From a virus: DNA of 64,000 bases. The notes beneath the pieces were generated by a model, which did not search any database, was not told the origin of the DNA, and saw only the letters and a list, made by a program, of their open reading frames with translations. The DNA lies in IMG/VR virus record IMGVR_UViG_3300045988_079583, positions 50,885-114,884 of that record. One strand, 5' to 3'. The number at the start of each line of letters is the position of its first letter. Within the stretch, counting starts at the first letter, position 1. Positions 48,364 to 61,599 of this stretch are shown piece by piece. The translations under genes and the position numbers were made by a program.

Positions 48364-48680
48364 TGTACGGAACTCCCGTACTGTATAGACCTGATAAGGC
48401 TTACGTACTTACTTATCAGGAAACAAAAGAAGAAAATAAAGAAGATATGACAGAAAAATGGATTAAGGCAATATTTACTAAGCCTCTAACAATATTAAAG
48501 AGTATATATTTTAATATATTTGGAATAAATCAAGATTTAGCAACCAAGAGATTAAAGATTTGTAATACTTGTCCTCACAAGTTATATACTTCTGTTGGAG
48601 AAGTATGTGAGGAATGTGGTTGTATATTAGAGAATAAAACTAGAATAGAAGATGAACATTGTGATTTATGTAAATGGTAA
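48357..48680 (+). CDS. small Cys-rich protein, paralog of upstream gene
   Basis: C-terminus ICNTCPHKLY...CEECGCILENKTRIEDEHCDLCKW parallels previous ORF; start taken at first ATG after upstream stop. Confidence 0.4.
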   Translation: MVMYGTPVLYRPDKAYVLTYQETKEENKEDMTEKWIKAIFTKPLTILKSIYFNIFGINQDLATKRLKICNTCPHKLYTSVGEVCEECGCILENKTRIEDEHCDLCKW

Positions 48681-48688
48681 AATGAATT

Positions 48689-49414
48689 ATGGAAAATTTA
48701 AGAACAGAATTAAACAGTAACGAGAAACTAGCCTTATCTTTGACCGGAATGGAAGGAACAGGAGAACACTTTATTTTAAATGGTGAAGCTGCAGATAAGA
48801 CATTACTTAGAGAGAAACAAGAAAGATTTAATACAGCGGTAGATGAAATAGAAGATAAATTCTCAAAACATAATAAGGCTTTAGAGGATTACGCTAATTC
48901 ATTATCAGAAGATATGAATGGTGTAGAGATTATGCCTATGTATGGATATGCTCTTATCAAGCCGTTTGAACAGAACCCATTCCAAAAAATTAAGACTACT
49001 AAATCAGGATTAATTACAGACTTAGGAGGGTTTGCTCCAACATACAAGTCTAACGAGACTGGAGAAATTGAGGAAGAACAACAGTTTATCAAGGTAGGTA
49101 CTGTAGTAGAGGTAGGTCACAAGTGTGAGTTCTTAAAGCCTGGTGATATTGTATTCTATACTATAGCTAGTGAATGTATGGTTCCATTTTACAAACTAGG
49201 ATTCGTAGTAGTTAATGAGAATAGAATCATGGCTGTAGTTAATGAGAAACTAACTGAAAGAAGAGACCAAATTAAGCAATCTCAAGACTGTATAAATGTA
49301 GATATAGATAAGATCCCAAAAGAGCTTGGAGATAGCTTACCTGAGAGAATAAAGAATTGGATAGAATACAAAAAGATAGGAATTAATTTACTTAGAGAAG
49401 ATGGAAACAATTGA
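48689..49414 (+). CDS. hypothetical protein (C-terminal half weakly GroES/gp31-like)
   Basis: 241-aa ORF; beta-rich C-terminal region with VKVGTVVEVG...GDIVFY pattern. Confidence 0.4.
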   Translation: MENLRTELNSNEKLALSLTGMEGTGEHFILNGEAADKTLLREKQERFNTAVDEIEDKFSKHNKALEDYANSLSEDMNGVEIMPMYGYALIKPFEQNPFQKIKTTKSGLITDLGGFAPTYKSNETGEIEEEQQFIKVGTVVEVGHKCEFLKPGDIVFYTIASECMVPFYKLGFVVVNENRIMAVVNEKLTERRDQIKQSQDCINVDIDKIPKELGDSLPERIKNWIEYKKIGINLLREDGNN

Positions 49415-49624
49415 TGAGAAAGTTTATTTCAAACCTGGGGATTGTGTTACTTTACGGTAGTGTAAGGTAATGCATTCTCCAGTAATGCTTGTTCTGAGAA
49501 GAGAATCAGCATTATTTAAAGATAACCAGGGATTGCGCGGACTTAGATGTAGATGGTTTACTGATTCTGGACTGATGCAAGAAGCAGTATTTAATACAAA
49601 AGACTTAATTAAAGTAGAAGAATA

Positions 49625-50839
49625 ATGGCGAAAATACAATTTGATCCAGAGTTAATGTAGCATATCAAGACTATATATGGAGACGCAGAGTTAGACGGAA
49701 GAACTTTACAACAGTTGCATTAGACTTGGCAAAGTAATCCGAACTCTATTAGAAATACTGCATAGTAGAAGAAAAGAAGTGCTGTGCCAGCTATACAACA
49801 AAAACCTATATTAGGATTAAAGCTGTCTACTCCTACTATTCCTAAGAAAATAAATGCACCTTAGCAACAAATTCAAAACGACGACTTAAGAGGAGTCTAG
49901 GGGTTTGGTACGGCATTTAGAGAAGCCAGAAAGAGAGGACTAACTCAATTCAAATGGGGGAAAGGAGTGTATGGAACATAGTTAGCTAATGGAAAGAAAG
50001 CAACAGTAGAGGTAGGAACTCCAGTAATGAATAATCCCTATGTTACATATAGTCAAGACGGAAAAAGAGCTACTACGTACCAAAATCAAGTAGACTAGGA
50101 AACTGGAGAGCATACTGGAACTATCCAAGAACAATGGATAAAGCCGCCTACAACTAATATGTATGGGCAGAAACTAACTCCAGAATAGCTCAAAAATTAG
50201 AGAAGTTGGGAACATATACCAAAGGCAACTGCTAGATAGCAACGAGTTAAATATCAACAAGGAGGAGCAATGGCTAATTAGGAAGAATTACAAAAAGCAT
50301 TTATGGCATACTTAATACAGGATGCCGCAGCACAAGGAATACAATTACAATCTGAGTAGGATTTAGAACAATATGCTCAGCAATTAGGAGAAGACGGAAT
50401 TAAAGCCAAATACCAGGAATTTATGCAAAAAATGCAAGGTGGGGTTATGGCTAGATTAGGAGCTAAGCTTGAGTACTATAAAAAATTAAAAGGAGTTTGC
50501 CCAGAAGGGGAAGAGCTTGTTTATTTTAAACAAGGAGGGAGAATATGTAAAGCCTGCCAGAAAGCTTAGAAAGGTGCCAAGGTAAAAGGTAACGAGGTAG
50601 ACAAATTTAAGAAAGGAAGAGCACAGTATAAGAAAGATATGAAATCAGCGAAAGATGAAGCTTCCAGAGATTCTATATCTATCAATAAGTATAATGATTA
50701 GGAAACCATGTCTAATAAAGGACATAAAGGAAACTTCCAAAAGGGAAAATGGGTTCCTGATAGAAAGCAATATACTAAAAAGGATGCTTGTGGCTCTAAA
50801 ATGAAAGTAAGCAAGTGTGGCTCTAAAATGAAGAAGTAA
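49625..50839 (+). CDS. hypothetical protein, first gene of TAG-recoded structural module (404 aa, many in-frame TAG)
   Basis: single frame open from ATG 49625 to TAA 50837-50839 if TAG is read through; Gln-rich; no TAA/TGA in frame. Confidence 0.5.
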
Positions 50840-50866
50840 GAAAAGATTGTCGAATGTTAATGATTA

Positions 50867-51433
50867 ATGATTATGAATGTATTTAACTATAACACTTTAA
50901 CTAAATAGTTAGAAATAAATGAACCAGAGATTCTTCTAGTTAAAGAGTTCAAAGCTTTACTACAAAGAGATAAATCTGTGGAAAAGGATAGAGCAATTAG
51001 AGAACTATCATACATTTATTTAGCTATTGATTGGAAGAGTCCGTATAGCTAGTACTCTGAATATGAAAGGCACGATGAAGCAATTAATGATTCTGGATTA
51101 ACAGAATCAGAATTTAATGATCCGATATTTAGGGAAGCATGTAGAAAATATAGAGCATTATAGGACTCAAATAAATCAATTAAATTATTAGAAGCTGCTA
51201 GAAGAGCTGCTGACTAGTTTATTGATTACTTCGATACTATTGTAGACTTAAATGAACGTGACACTAATGGAAAGCCAGTATTCTCTGCTGAGAAAGTAAT
51301 GAAGGAAATGGCTAGCCTTCATAAAGTTCACGAAGAATTAATTACATTAGAAGATGAGGTTAAAAAAGAACTTACTGAATAGTCTACCGTTAGAGGAGGG
51401 GCTACAGATGGTTTTGATCCTGGAGAATTTTAA
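50867..51433 (+). CDS. hypothetical protein upstream of terminase (possible small terminase subunit), TAG-recoded
   Basis: 188 aa with several in-frame TAG; position immediately 5' of terL. Confidence 0.35.
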
Positions 51434-51435
51434 TT

Positions 51436-53796
51436 ATGCCAAGAAAGAAAAAGATATTACCTGATGAACTATAGACTATAGTAGATTAGGTAAGAGAAAA
51501 AGAACATAAAGAAGATGCTGTAGAGGCAAGAGAGCTAGTATAGAAAATAAGAGAAGAAAGGGTCAAAAGTGCAGACTATTGGGATGTCAAGAAAGGAGAC
51601 AAGATAGATGTTTTTGACCCTACTTTGTCTTATGAGATAACTGGCTATAGACCTATTGATGAAACGCATGGTTTGGACTTTAATCCCGAATGGTTCACCG
51701 AAACCAGAGAAGTATACAGAAAGACTGGGAAGTATTGTCCCTACTTAAAAGACAGTAAGAGATACAATGAATTTTGGAAAGAGTAGTACAGAAGATGTAA
51801 ATATGGAATGACAGTTAATGGTTATACTATTACTGGAGATAACTATTTCTTCTTAAATTTCTATTAGCTTCCTATTATTGATGATAATAAAGCATCCGGT
51901 GAAGGAACTAATAGTGACTTCCCTATATTCTTTGCATCCCATTACATGTTCTTCCATTACTTACAAATGGCTAGAGTACTACATAGACATGCAGCTTTAA
52001 TGAAGGCTCGTTCAATCGGATTCTCAGAAATAAATGCCTCACTATCCGCTCGTATGTATTCTGTAATTAGAAGAAGTAGAGTAATGATTACTTGCTTTAA
52101 TGATACCTTCCTTAAAGGTACATTTAGTAAGTTTGATAATGCTCTAACATTTTTAAATACTTGCACAGGTGGAGGATTCTTTAAGCTTCGTCTAATTGAC
52201 CAGGATTTAAGAAAGAAGTCTGGTAAGTAGGTTAAAGTAAACGGATAGTTTGAAGATGTTGGATTTAAATCAGAAGTAGTAGGAATAAATGGAGCTAAAC
52301 CATCTAATATTCGTGGAGACCGTGTTGACTTATTAATATATGATGAAGCAGGGTCTTGGCCAGGATTAGATACTGCTGTGGTACAAGGACAAGAACTTTG
52401 TGAAGTCTAGGGTAAGCCTCGTGGAACAATGTTGTTTGGAGGTACTGGTGGTGATATGGGTGCTCCATTAGCAGGTCTTAAAAAGATTTACTATAATCCA
52501 AAAGCTTACAAAGTTCTTCCCTTTAGACATAATTATACTCAAGATGGGACTACTATTGAGAGTGGATTCTTTATTCCATATTTTGTACAGTCTTTGAACT
52601 CCGAATACATGGATCATAGAGGTGTATGTAATACCGTAGAATATAAGAAGTATCTGTAGGAAGAAAGAGATAATCTATTAGCAGTACCCGATGACTATTT
52701 AAAGAAGTGTGCTGAACGTTGTTGGAATGCAGAAGAGGCCTTCAATCTAGAAGGTGTTAACAAGTTTAACAAAATTCTTATTTCTGATCAATTAGCTAAT
52801 ATAAGACTAAAGAAAATAGGTCCCAGACCAGAATGTGGTTATATAGATTACTTCTATAAAAATAATAAACACACTGCTGATAACATTGATGGATTTAAGT
52901 GGATTCCTAATACTAAGGGAAAGGTAAAGATTCTGGAACATCCAGTATGGTCTGACCTATATAAGGAGTAGATGGATAAACTTAGATAGGAAGCAGAGGA
53001 AAGAGGAGAGGAATTTGAAGCACCTGTATATAAAGAAATGCATAATCTTTATATTGCAGGAATAGACGGTATTGATATAGGAGCTAATTAGACCTCGAAG
53101 GAAACTAAAGATCCTTCTGACTTCTGTATAACTATTAAGAGAAGGGCATTTGGTATGAGTGAGCCATAGTATGTAGCAATGTATAAGGACAGACCTGGAG
53201 ACATTCGAGAGGCTTACAAAATAGCTATGTGTTTACTTAGATACTACAACTGTAAGGTAAATATAGAAGCAACTCGTGTTGGTATGATTACCTGGGCTAG
53301 AGAAAAGAAATGTTTGAATTACTTTATGAAACGTCCTAGAGCTACTCTTACTGATGTTAAAAATGGAACTACTAAATAGTATGGAACTCCAGCTACTAAA
53401 ACTATTATAGAACAACACACTGATCTAACTGCTGCGTTTGTGGAAGATTATTGTCATACTATATGGTTTGAAGAAATGTTGGAATAGCTTACTGGATATA
53501 ATGACGAGAATAAAGGTAAGTTCGATATTATAGCAGCTATGGGTATGACAGAATTAGCAGATGAAGAGTTGTCTGGAAGATAGCCTATAGTTGTGGAAAA
53601 AGAAGTTGAATTGTTCAGGGATTTTGGTTATTATTACGATGAGAGAGGAATAAAAAGATTTGGAGTTATACCAACTAGAGAAACTCCAGAATTAAATATG
53701 CAAGACGACGAATACGATGACCCATACAGAATTGAAACAAGTGATCCTAGAGTATATGAGAGACTTATACCAAATGGAATATATAGGCGGACTTGA
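51436..53796 (+). CDS. terL: terminase large subunit, TAG-recoded (786 aa, about 18 in-frame TAG)
   Basis: Walker B-like VDLLIYDEAG; nuclease motif YIAGIDGIDIGAN...DPSDFCITI; ends TGA; track shows only fragments (51946-52230, 53179-53379, 53593-53796). Confidence 0.7.
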
Positions 53797-54054
53797 GATT
53801 GAGGATTTGAATCCAGTTGGTTACAAAATATCTTTTAACTTTGACAGGTCTGAGATGCCATTAGTAATCATAGCTGATTTACCCGATGATGAATTTCTGC
53901 CTTTTATTAAAGAAGAATTAAGAAGTAGGAAGTTATAGAGAGTTAAGTATTATAACGCCACTAAGCTTCCTCCAGAACAACATAATACATGTTATGAAAG
54001 AGAAAGAATTGATAGACAAAACAAACGAGGCTATTGCGGAACTTGTGTATGATA
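53774..54054 (+). CDS. possible small overlapping ORF with 1 TAG
   Basis: extends track ORF 53717-53938 through TAG to TGA; overlaps both terL end and portal start, may be spurious. Confidence 0.2.
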
Positions 54055-56168
54055 AATATGAGCTTTAGAAAGCTTATAATTATTATAATGGTAAAAGAGA
54101 TCCAGAATAGTTTCGCTATCTTGAAGAGAATTTTGGAATAGGCAGTCCTACATCAGTAGAATTTACACCACTACTTAAGAAGCATGTAGATGCTTTAGTA
54201 GGGGAATATCTAGGAACTCCAATACTCCCGAAAGTCTCTTGCAAAGATTCAGATACTATCAGTAATATAACCAGAGAAAAATAGCTAGAGATAACTAAAG
54301 GAATAGTTAAGTTTTTAAAAGATCACTTAAGTAATGCTATCTTAAGCTTTATTGACGGAAAAGATATTACTGATAAAGCTGTAAAGACTCAGCTAGATAA
54401 GGTTATATAGGATATTGATTAGTCATTCATTTCTCAGTATGAAATTGCTGCGCAGAACATTATTCACTACCTAATGCAATCTAGGGAAACTGATCTTATT
54501 ACTAAGTTGCGGTAGTTATTAACTGACTTACTAATTACTGGATACACATTCTTTAGAGTAAAGTCTTCTTTCTCCGGAACTAATGTGGAGATAGAGGTTC
54601 TTAACCCGTTAAATACGTTTGTTGATAGAAATCCAGAATCTCCATATGTCAAGAAATCATATAGAGTTGTTATTAGAAAATGGATGAGTAAAAGCCAAAT
54701 ACTAGCTAAGTATGGTAAAGAAATATCTAGAGAAGACTTAAAGAGGTTAAAAGATGAATGGAGAGCAGATGATTCTGCTGCTGTATACAGAAGAGTTTAT
54801 GGAGATGTTTGTACAGTGGTTAATGAAGATCAAAATCATGAGACCATTCCTGGGTATCCAGATAATGAATATAGTGCTCATAGATTTTAGTTAATTCCGG
54901 TCTACGATGTAGAGTGGATAGAGACTGATGATGATTTCAAAATGCAGAGATACAATACTATAAGGATAGGAGAGGAAATCTATATTCTTAGAGGATTAGA
55001 CAAGACTGCAATGAGGTCTAAAGACGATCCTAACTCTTGTTCATTATCAGTAAATGGAGTTTATTTTCTAAATCGTTCTCAGTAGCCATATTCTTTAATA
55101 CTTAAGTGTGCACATCTACAGGATAGATATGACTTACTTAACTATTACAGAGACAACTTGATAGCTAATAGTGGAACCTCAGGAGTTATTATGGATATGT
55201 CATTACTTCCTACTAACTTAGGAGTACATTGGCCAGAAAGAGTATAGAAATGGCTAGCTTATAAAAAAGCTGGTATTCAGTGGGTTGATACTACTTAGGA
55301 GGGTAGAAATGACAATGGAAACGCTCCTTTAAATACTATCTTTAATGGATTTGATGACACCCTTAAAGCGTAGGCTGTATAGGCTATTGAGTTAGCTATT
55401 CAATCAGTAGAATAGACTACATCATCTATAACTGGAGTATTTAGGGAAAGACTTAATGGAATAGAGACTCATGATGCTGTAACTAATATTAAGCAAGGAG
55501 TCGCTAACTCTTATATAGTAACTAAACACTATTTCCAACAAATGGACTTGATAACTTGTGAAATATTATTAGATAGTCTTAATTAGGCTAAAGTAACTTA
55601 CAAGAAAGGGTTAACTGGAACTATTATATTGGGAGATAAGTATTAGTAGATATTTACTGCCCTTCCTGAATATTTCACAATGACTGATTTTGACATTCAT
55701 ATAACCTCCAGCACTGAAGTTATGGAAGATTTATAGACTATTAAAGCTATGATTCCGGAGTTCCTTAAGAGTTAGCAAATGGATGCTGGTATAGTTTTTG
55801 AAGCATTAACAGCTAAGAGTTTGACAGACTTAAAGTACAAGGTTAAAAAAGCTATGCAGGTTTAGAAAGAAGAGAACAATCAATTACAATAGTTGTAGTA
55901 GAAGTTGGAAGAAACTTCATAGCAAGCACAACAACTACAATAGGAATTGGAGAAAGCTTAGTAGAAAATAGAAAGGCTAGACGAACAAAAACTTGGACTA
56001 GAACAGTAGAAGATGCAACTAGAGTATAAGGTTAATTGGCTTAAAGCTCAGTCTGATTCTACTTACAAAGATAGACAAATGGATATTGAAGAGAAGAGAA
56101 CTGAAATAGAGTTAGCATAGCTTCATGACGGAAATCCATATAACGATAAAGTAAGACAAATACATTAA
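53994..56168 (+). CDS. portal protein, TAG-recoded (724 aa)
   Basis: position after terL; portal-like N-terminal region (AYNYYNGK...), size; C-terminal Gln-rich coiled coil generated by TAG codons. Confidence 0.55.
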
Positions 56169-56169
56169 T

Positions 56170-57039
56170 ATGGCTACAGCAGGTACAATAGTATATAATA
56201 AAGATTAGCAACAAATATATCCCATTTCTCATGCAGAGGTGGTAATTAGTAATGCTTCTGGAAGTAAGTCAGACGTGGAAGACAACCTTATAAAATTATG
56301 GAAAAAGGTCTCAGAATTAAGTGGAGACTAGGAAGCAGCTAGTAATATCATGGTAGTAGTTACTTATTGTAAAACAAATACCAGAGATGAATCTGAAGTA
56401 AGAAAGTTATCATCATGGAGTGATATTTTTGAACTACCAGACTCAGAAAGACCATATGTTTGGAAGAAAACTTTATATACATATAAAGGAGACACAGCTA
56501 AACTTAATGAGATTTACGAAATTGTTGCTACAGATATTGCTGAAAAAATTCAGAATATCTATATTGCAAGATCAACTGGGGTTGCTCCAGTTATTACTTA
56601 TCCAATACTAAAGGATGGATATGGAGATCCTATATTAGACTCTGAAGGAAATACTTAGGAAGATTTGACTGCCTTTGACAATAAATTACCAGAAGGCTGG
56701 TCAGAAACTCCAGTTAGTATTGGTCCAGCTACTCCATATGTATTTATATCAACACGTAAGAGAGTAGAAGGATTATGGAAAAGATATTCTGAACCAGCTC
56801 AATACGGTAGGTGGGCATTTGACAGTTAGTTAGAGTTACGATATACCATTACTTCTGGAGATAAACCAGCTGTTAATACTACAAGTGACGATCCTGGAAG
56901 TTAGTGGTCTAGCGATACTCCAGATAATTTTACTGGAAAAATGTGGATGATTACTGCAACATCAGTAAACGGAGTATTGAATAGTGATGAAAATAACGTT
57001 AGATGGCACGGTCCTCATTTGATGTCAATTATACAATAA
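56170..57039 (+). CDS. hypothetical structural-module protein, TAG-recoded (289 aa)
   Basis: open from ATG 56170 to TAA 57037-57039 with TAG read-through. Confidence 0.45.
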
Positions 57040-57770
57040 TGGAATTTAGTATTGATATACATACCCAGATTACTGGGGAAATAACTATTGAAGACTTCTC
57101 TAAAGAATATGGATAGTATATTGATGAAGATTTAGAAGTAGTAACTTCTTACGACTCTTATAAGTATAGTGAGAGTGCTACTCTAAATACTATCATCAAG
57201 GTAAGTATAGGGGATGCCACACTAATAGATGTCCTTTTAAATGACCATACAGAAGATTTAGATTCATGTACATTTAAAGTAAAAGAGGATGGATATTATG
57301 TGGTAGATCATATAATACTTCCTAATATGAAGTGGTATGAAAATTCATCTGATGAATATAAGGAATACTACGAAACTATCTATGTTACAGATGGGGAGAA
57401 ACTATATAAAGAAGTAGAAGGAGAGTTAGAAGAGTGTACAGTAAAGGAAATTCTAGAAAGAAACATAGAAGGCACTACTATCAAGAAATGTAAGGTCGAT
57501 GTATTCTTTACTGGGAATTTACAATAGTGCTATATTAATTATTGTAAAAAATTATTTGATGGTCTCCTAAATAAATGTGTTACCAATGAACATGAGGCAG
57601 ATATTTTTGCCAGAGATTTTATTTGGATGACTCTCAACATTATAGATTATTTAATAGGCTTTAAACAATTCATGGAAGCTGAAAGGTTACTAGCAATGTT
57701 CCGCACTTGTGGAGGATTCTGTAATACTCGCTATCATGGACATAAACATATAAGTTGTGGATGCTCTTAA
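57039..57770 (+). CDS. hypothetical structural-module protein, TAG-recoded (243 aa)
   Basis: TAATG overlap with previous gene; ends TAA. Confidence 0.45.
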
Positions 57771-57925
57771 AAGAAAGGCTATTAAAAGGTATGAAGAGTT
57801 TCTTGGAAGAATTAAGAAAGGATATAGACCAGATTATCAAGATATTTTGAATTTAATCTGTTTTATTAATCTACCTGTAAAACTAGATAATCACGAATTT
57901 ATTAAATAGCAACTATTAAATCATA

Positions 57926-59515
57926 ATGATACAGCCTATTTACACTTCGGTAAGCAATGCTGATATAAAGCCTTGTGGAAAGAAAGGACATTTAATAAAA
58001 AGTGAGCCTATACCACTTCTAAGAGATAATTACTTAGGAGAATATAGAACAGAACTAGAAAGAGCTAAGGTTAGAAAAAACTTAGGAATTGCTGATGAGT
58101 AGAGTCTTCTTTGGGGAAATATTAGTGGAACCATAGAGGCTTAGAAAGACTTGGTTTAGTATATTGAACAAAAATGGACATATACTAGCGATGTTGCAGA
58201 AAATATTAACACCGTAAAAGATGCATTAGACTATGCATTATTTTTTATTAGTTAGTATGAGGCTAATACTGAGGAAATAGAAGAGATAAAGGTTGATATA
58301 AGTAATATTAGGACTAGTATTTAGGTATTAGGAGAAGATCTGAAAAGAGAGATTGATACTAATAGGGAAGGACTAAATAACTTATCTTAGGATATAATCG
58401 AAATTAATTAGGCAATATCAGACCTCAACACTGCTATAGAAAATATAGATGTTGATAAGAACATTCTTAATTGGATTAAAAACAACCTTTAGAACTCTAA
58501 GACTGTAGAGATAAAGGAGGATAATACTATAGAAGTCATTCTTTCTAAGTAGGATAATAATGCTATTCATTTAATCGAATAGGAATTACCTCCTACAGAA
58601 GAAGGAGAGGAGCCTTCTACTATAACCCTTCCAGGAATTTATGTAAAGAATCTAGAACCTTAGTTAGAAGAAGCTTAGAAATCTATAGGAGAAGTATAGA
58701 AAGCTCAAGAAGAGACTAATGAAAAGGTTAGCACTAATAGCGAGAGTATTACAAATATCTAGACTAGTCTAGAAACTATAGCTACCTATTAGACAGAACT
58801 TCCTGATGATACAACTTCTACTGTTATAGAAGGTACTACCGTTGAAAAATTAAAAGGGAAACCATTTAATGAAATCATAGATACTTTACTATTCCCAACA
58901 GTAGTTAGAGATTTAATATATCCATAGTTGTATTATAGCTTTGCTTCCCAAATTGTGGAAGTAGGAACTGCGCTACTAACTCCAACCTTAACTTTCGTAA
59001 AAAATGATGCAGGAGAAGAAACTGACAGAGAAGAAGTCATTACTTATAACGGTTCTCCTATAGAGTCTGTTACATATGATTCTATTGGGATTTATACTCA
59101 TTCTGGTACAGTGAATTATGCTGCTGGAGAATACTTAGTAAACAATAAGGGAGAAGTTACAGATAAAAGGGTGGAAGCTGGTTCTATATCAGCAACTGCA
59201 CAAGTAACAGCTACTTATCCTTGGTATTCTGGAAATACTGATGGATTGATAAAATAGTCCCTAGTTCCATTTAATTAGGCTTCTGGCACTATTACATTCT
59301 CATTAAGTGGTAAGGCTATTATAAAATTACCAGGAAGTAATACTCAGCTAAATTCCTTCACAGTAGATGGAGGATTGGGATATTTGAATGTCGATTTAAA
59401 TGGTTGGGAAGCTTCTACTGAACAAATAAATGGATTCCCATATAAAGTATGGACTAAGAAGGATACCTACTCTTCAGCACTGCCTCACCAAATTAACTTT
59501 ATTCTATCACAGTAA
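57926..59515 (+). CDS. tail fibre-like protein, TAG-recoded (529 aa)
   Basis: long Thr/Asn/Glu-rich protein with coiled-coil segments, many in-frame TAG; ends TAA. Confidence 0.45.
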
Positions 59516-61383
59516 TGGCATTTAAATATACAGGTGATGCTACCCTAGGTGTTGGTTTAACCGTAGAAACTCCGAAGCCTCTGGATAATAGAACAGTAGT
59601 TGATAACCTAGAGGAGCTATATTCTATTCCAGAGAGATATGCTTATTAGGGCATGACCGTATCTAATATAGATAACGGAAATATTTATATGCTTATTGAT
59701 AAGTCTAAGATTAAATATAAAGAAGGATGGAAAGCATCTTATGAATCTATCTAGATAATAGCTTGTACAGAAGCTGAATATAAAGAATGGTCTGCTAATA
59801 CTACAGAAGATTTTAAACCAATAGATGAGAATAAAACATATCTTCACGCTGAAACATATTATTATATATATGAGGACAGCCTAGACGATAATTAGTTTTA
59901 CCTATCAGCAGAATGGGGTAAGAAAATAGAAGAGTAGTTAAAGTAGAAAGCTCTTAATACTACAGTTGTATAGATTAGAAATGATTTAGACTAGACTATT
60001 TAGAATCTTTCTAAGTATGCAACATTAGAAGAATTAACTGCTAATTATGCTCCTAAGGCGGACCTAGATTTGGAAGATCCAGAATCCCTTTTATCTAAAG
60101 CTCTATCTAACCACTATACTAAACAGGAAACTGATGATATATTTGTTACTAAGGAAAGTCTTAGAGGGGAAGGAATGGAAGGAGATGATTTCGTCTTTGT
60201 TACTAAAAAGCAATATGACGAAGATTAGTAGGCTATCTAGAGCGAATTAGATAAGACTTTAAAAGTAGATAGAGATGGTTCTCTGGAAAGCATTACTGTG
60301 GGACAGATAAAATCTCCAGTGATTGAAGGAGAGGATTAGCTAGTAGTAGATGTTAAATCAGACGGATTGTTTGTTGGAGAAGATCAATTTGCTATGATGT
60401 CTGATGTTCCAAATTTAGTTACATTAACTGAAGAGGAATATTTAAAACTGGTAGAAGATGGTACTCTAGAACCTGACACATACTATTATGTGTATGACGT
60501 GACAAATGACGCTAAAGTCTATATTACTAAAGAGTATCTAGATTAGAATTACCATACTACTCATTAGTATTAGTCATGGGTAGCTACCAACTACTACTCA
60601 AAATCTCAGATTGATGAGATCGTTGCTGGTTTACAGAAACTTGGGAGCTACGTCACTACAGAAGATATTAAAGCATATTACACTAGTCAATAGGTAGATG
60701 AAAAGTTTCTTACAAAAGAGAATGCTCAATCTACATACGCTACCTAGCAGTCGTTAACTGAGCTGTCTGGATAGATAGCAGAAGAGTATGTAACAAAGGA
60801 TAGTTTGAGAGGAGATTCTCCCGAGACTGGTGATGATGACTTTATATTTGTTACTTAGAATAAATATCAATAGGATTAGACTGCTGCTTCCCAAGAATTT
60901 AATACTAAGCTATTAAAATCAGAATAGATAGAAACTTCTGACATTACTATTTAGAAAATTGTAGAAAAAGAAGTACAATAGGGAACAACTGAAGAAAGTC
61001 CAGGAGATATAGTAATAGAGCAAACTATTGAAAGCTCTGTTAATCTTACTACTAAAGATAATAGGTTATTAGCATCAGGTAAACAAGTTGCTCTTATTGA
61101 AGAAGTTCCAAAATTAGTATGTTTACCCTAGACTGATTATGATAACCTAGTTGAAAATAATAAGACAGAGAACGATACTTATTACTGTACTTACGGAGAA
61201 AAAGATATATAGGATACAGGATATGTTAGAAGCGAATATCTTACTGAAAAGTACTATACTAAAGCAGAGGTAGAAGCTTTGATACAGGAAGCTGTAAGCG
61301 AATTATAGAAAAAGATAGATGCAATATAGCCTGGTTCGGGCAGTGCATCAGTAGATGAATCAAATGAACAATTAATATTTTAA
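59515..61383 (+). CDS. tail fibre-like protein, TAG-recoded (622 aa)
   Basis: TAATG overlap with previous; repetitive coiled-coil-like segments; ends TAA. Confidence 0.45.
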
Positions 61384-61388
61384 ACAAG

Positions 61389-61598
61389 ATGGGAACAATT
61401 TATATTGACGGACAGTTTAAAAGCTCTGCTAAGCCTGTAAAAGTTGTTGGTGGCAGTGTAGGAGGGTCTGGAGTAGATCCTGATACTCTCAAGAACTATG
61501 CTACTAAAGCAGAACTTCAGAAAGCTGTTGAGGACTTAACTGCTTCCATAGAAGGAATAGATCATGATGTAGTTGAAGAAACTTTAATAATATAGTAA
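61389..61598 (+). CDS. small Gly-rich protein
   Basis: track ORF 61389-61595 extended through terminal TAG to TAA. Confidence 0.35.
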
Positions 61599-61599
61599 T

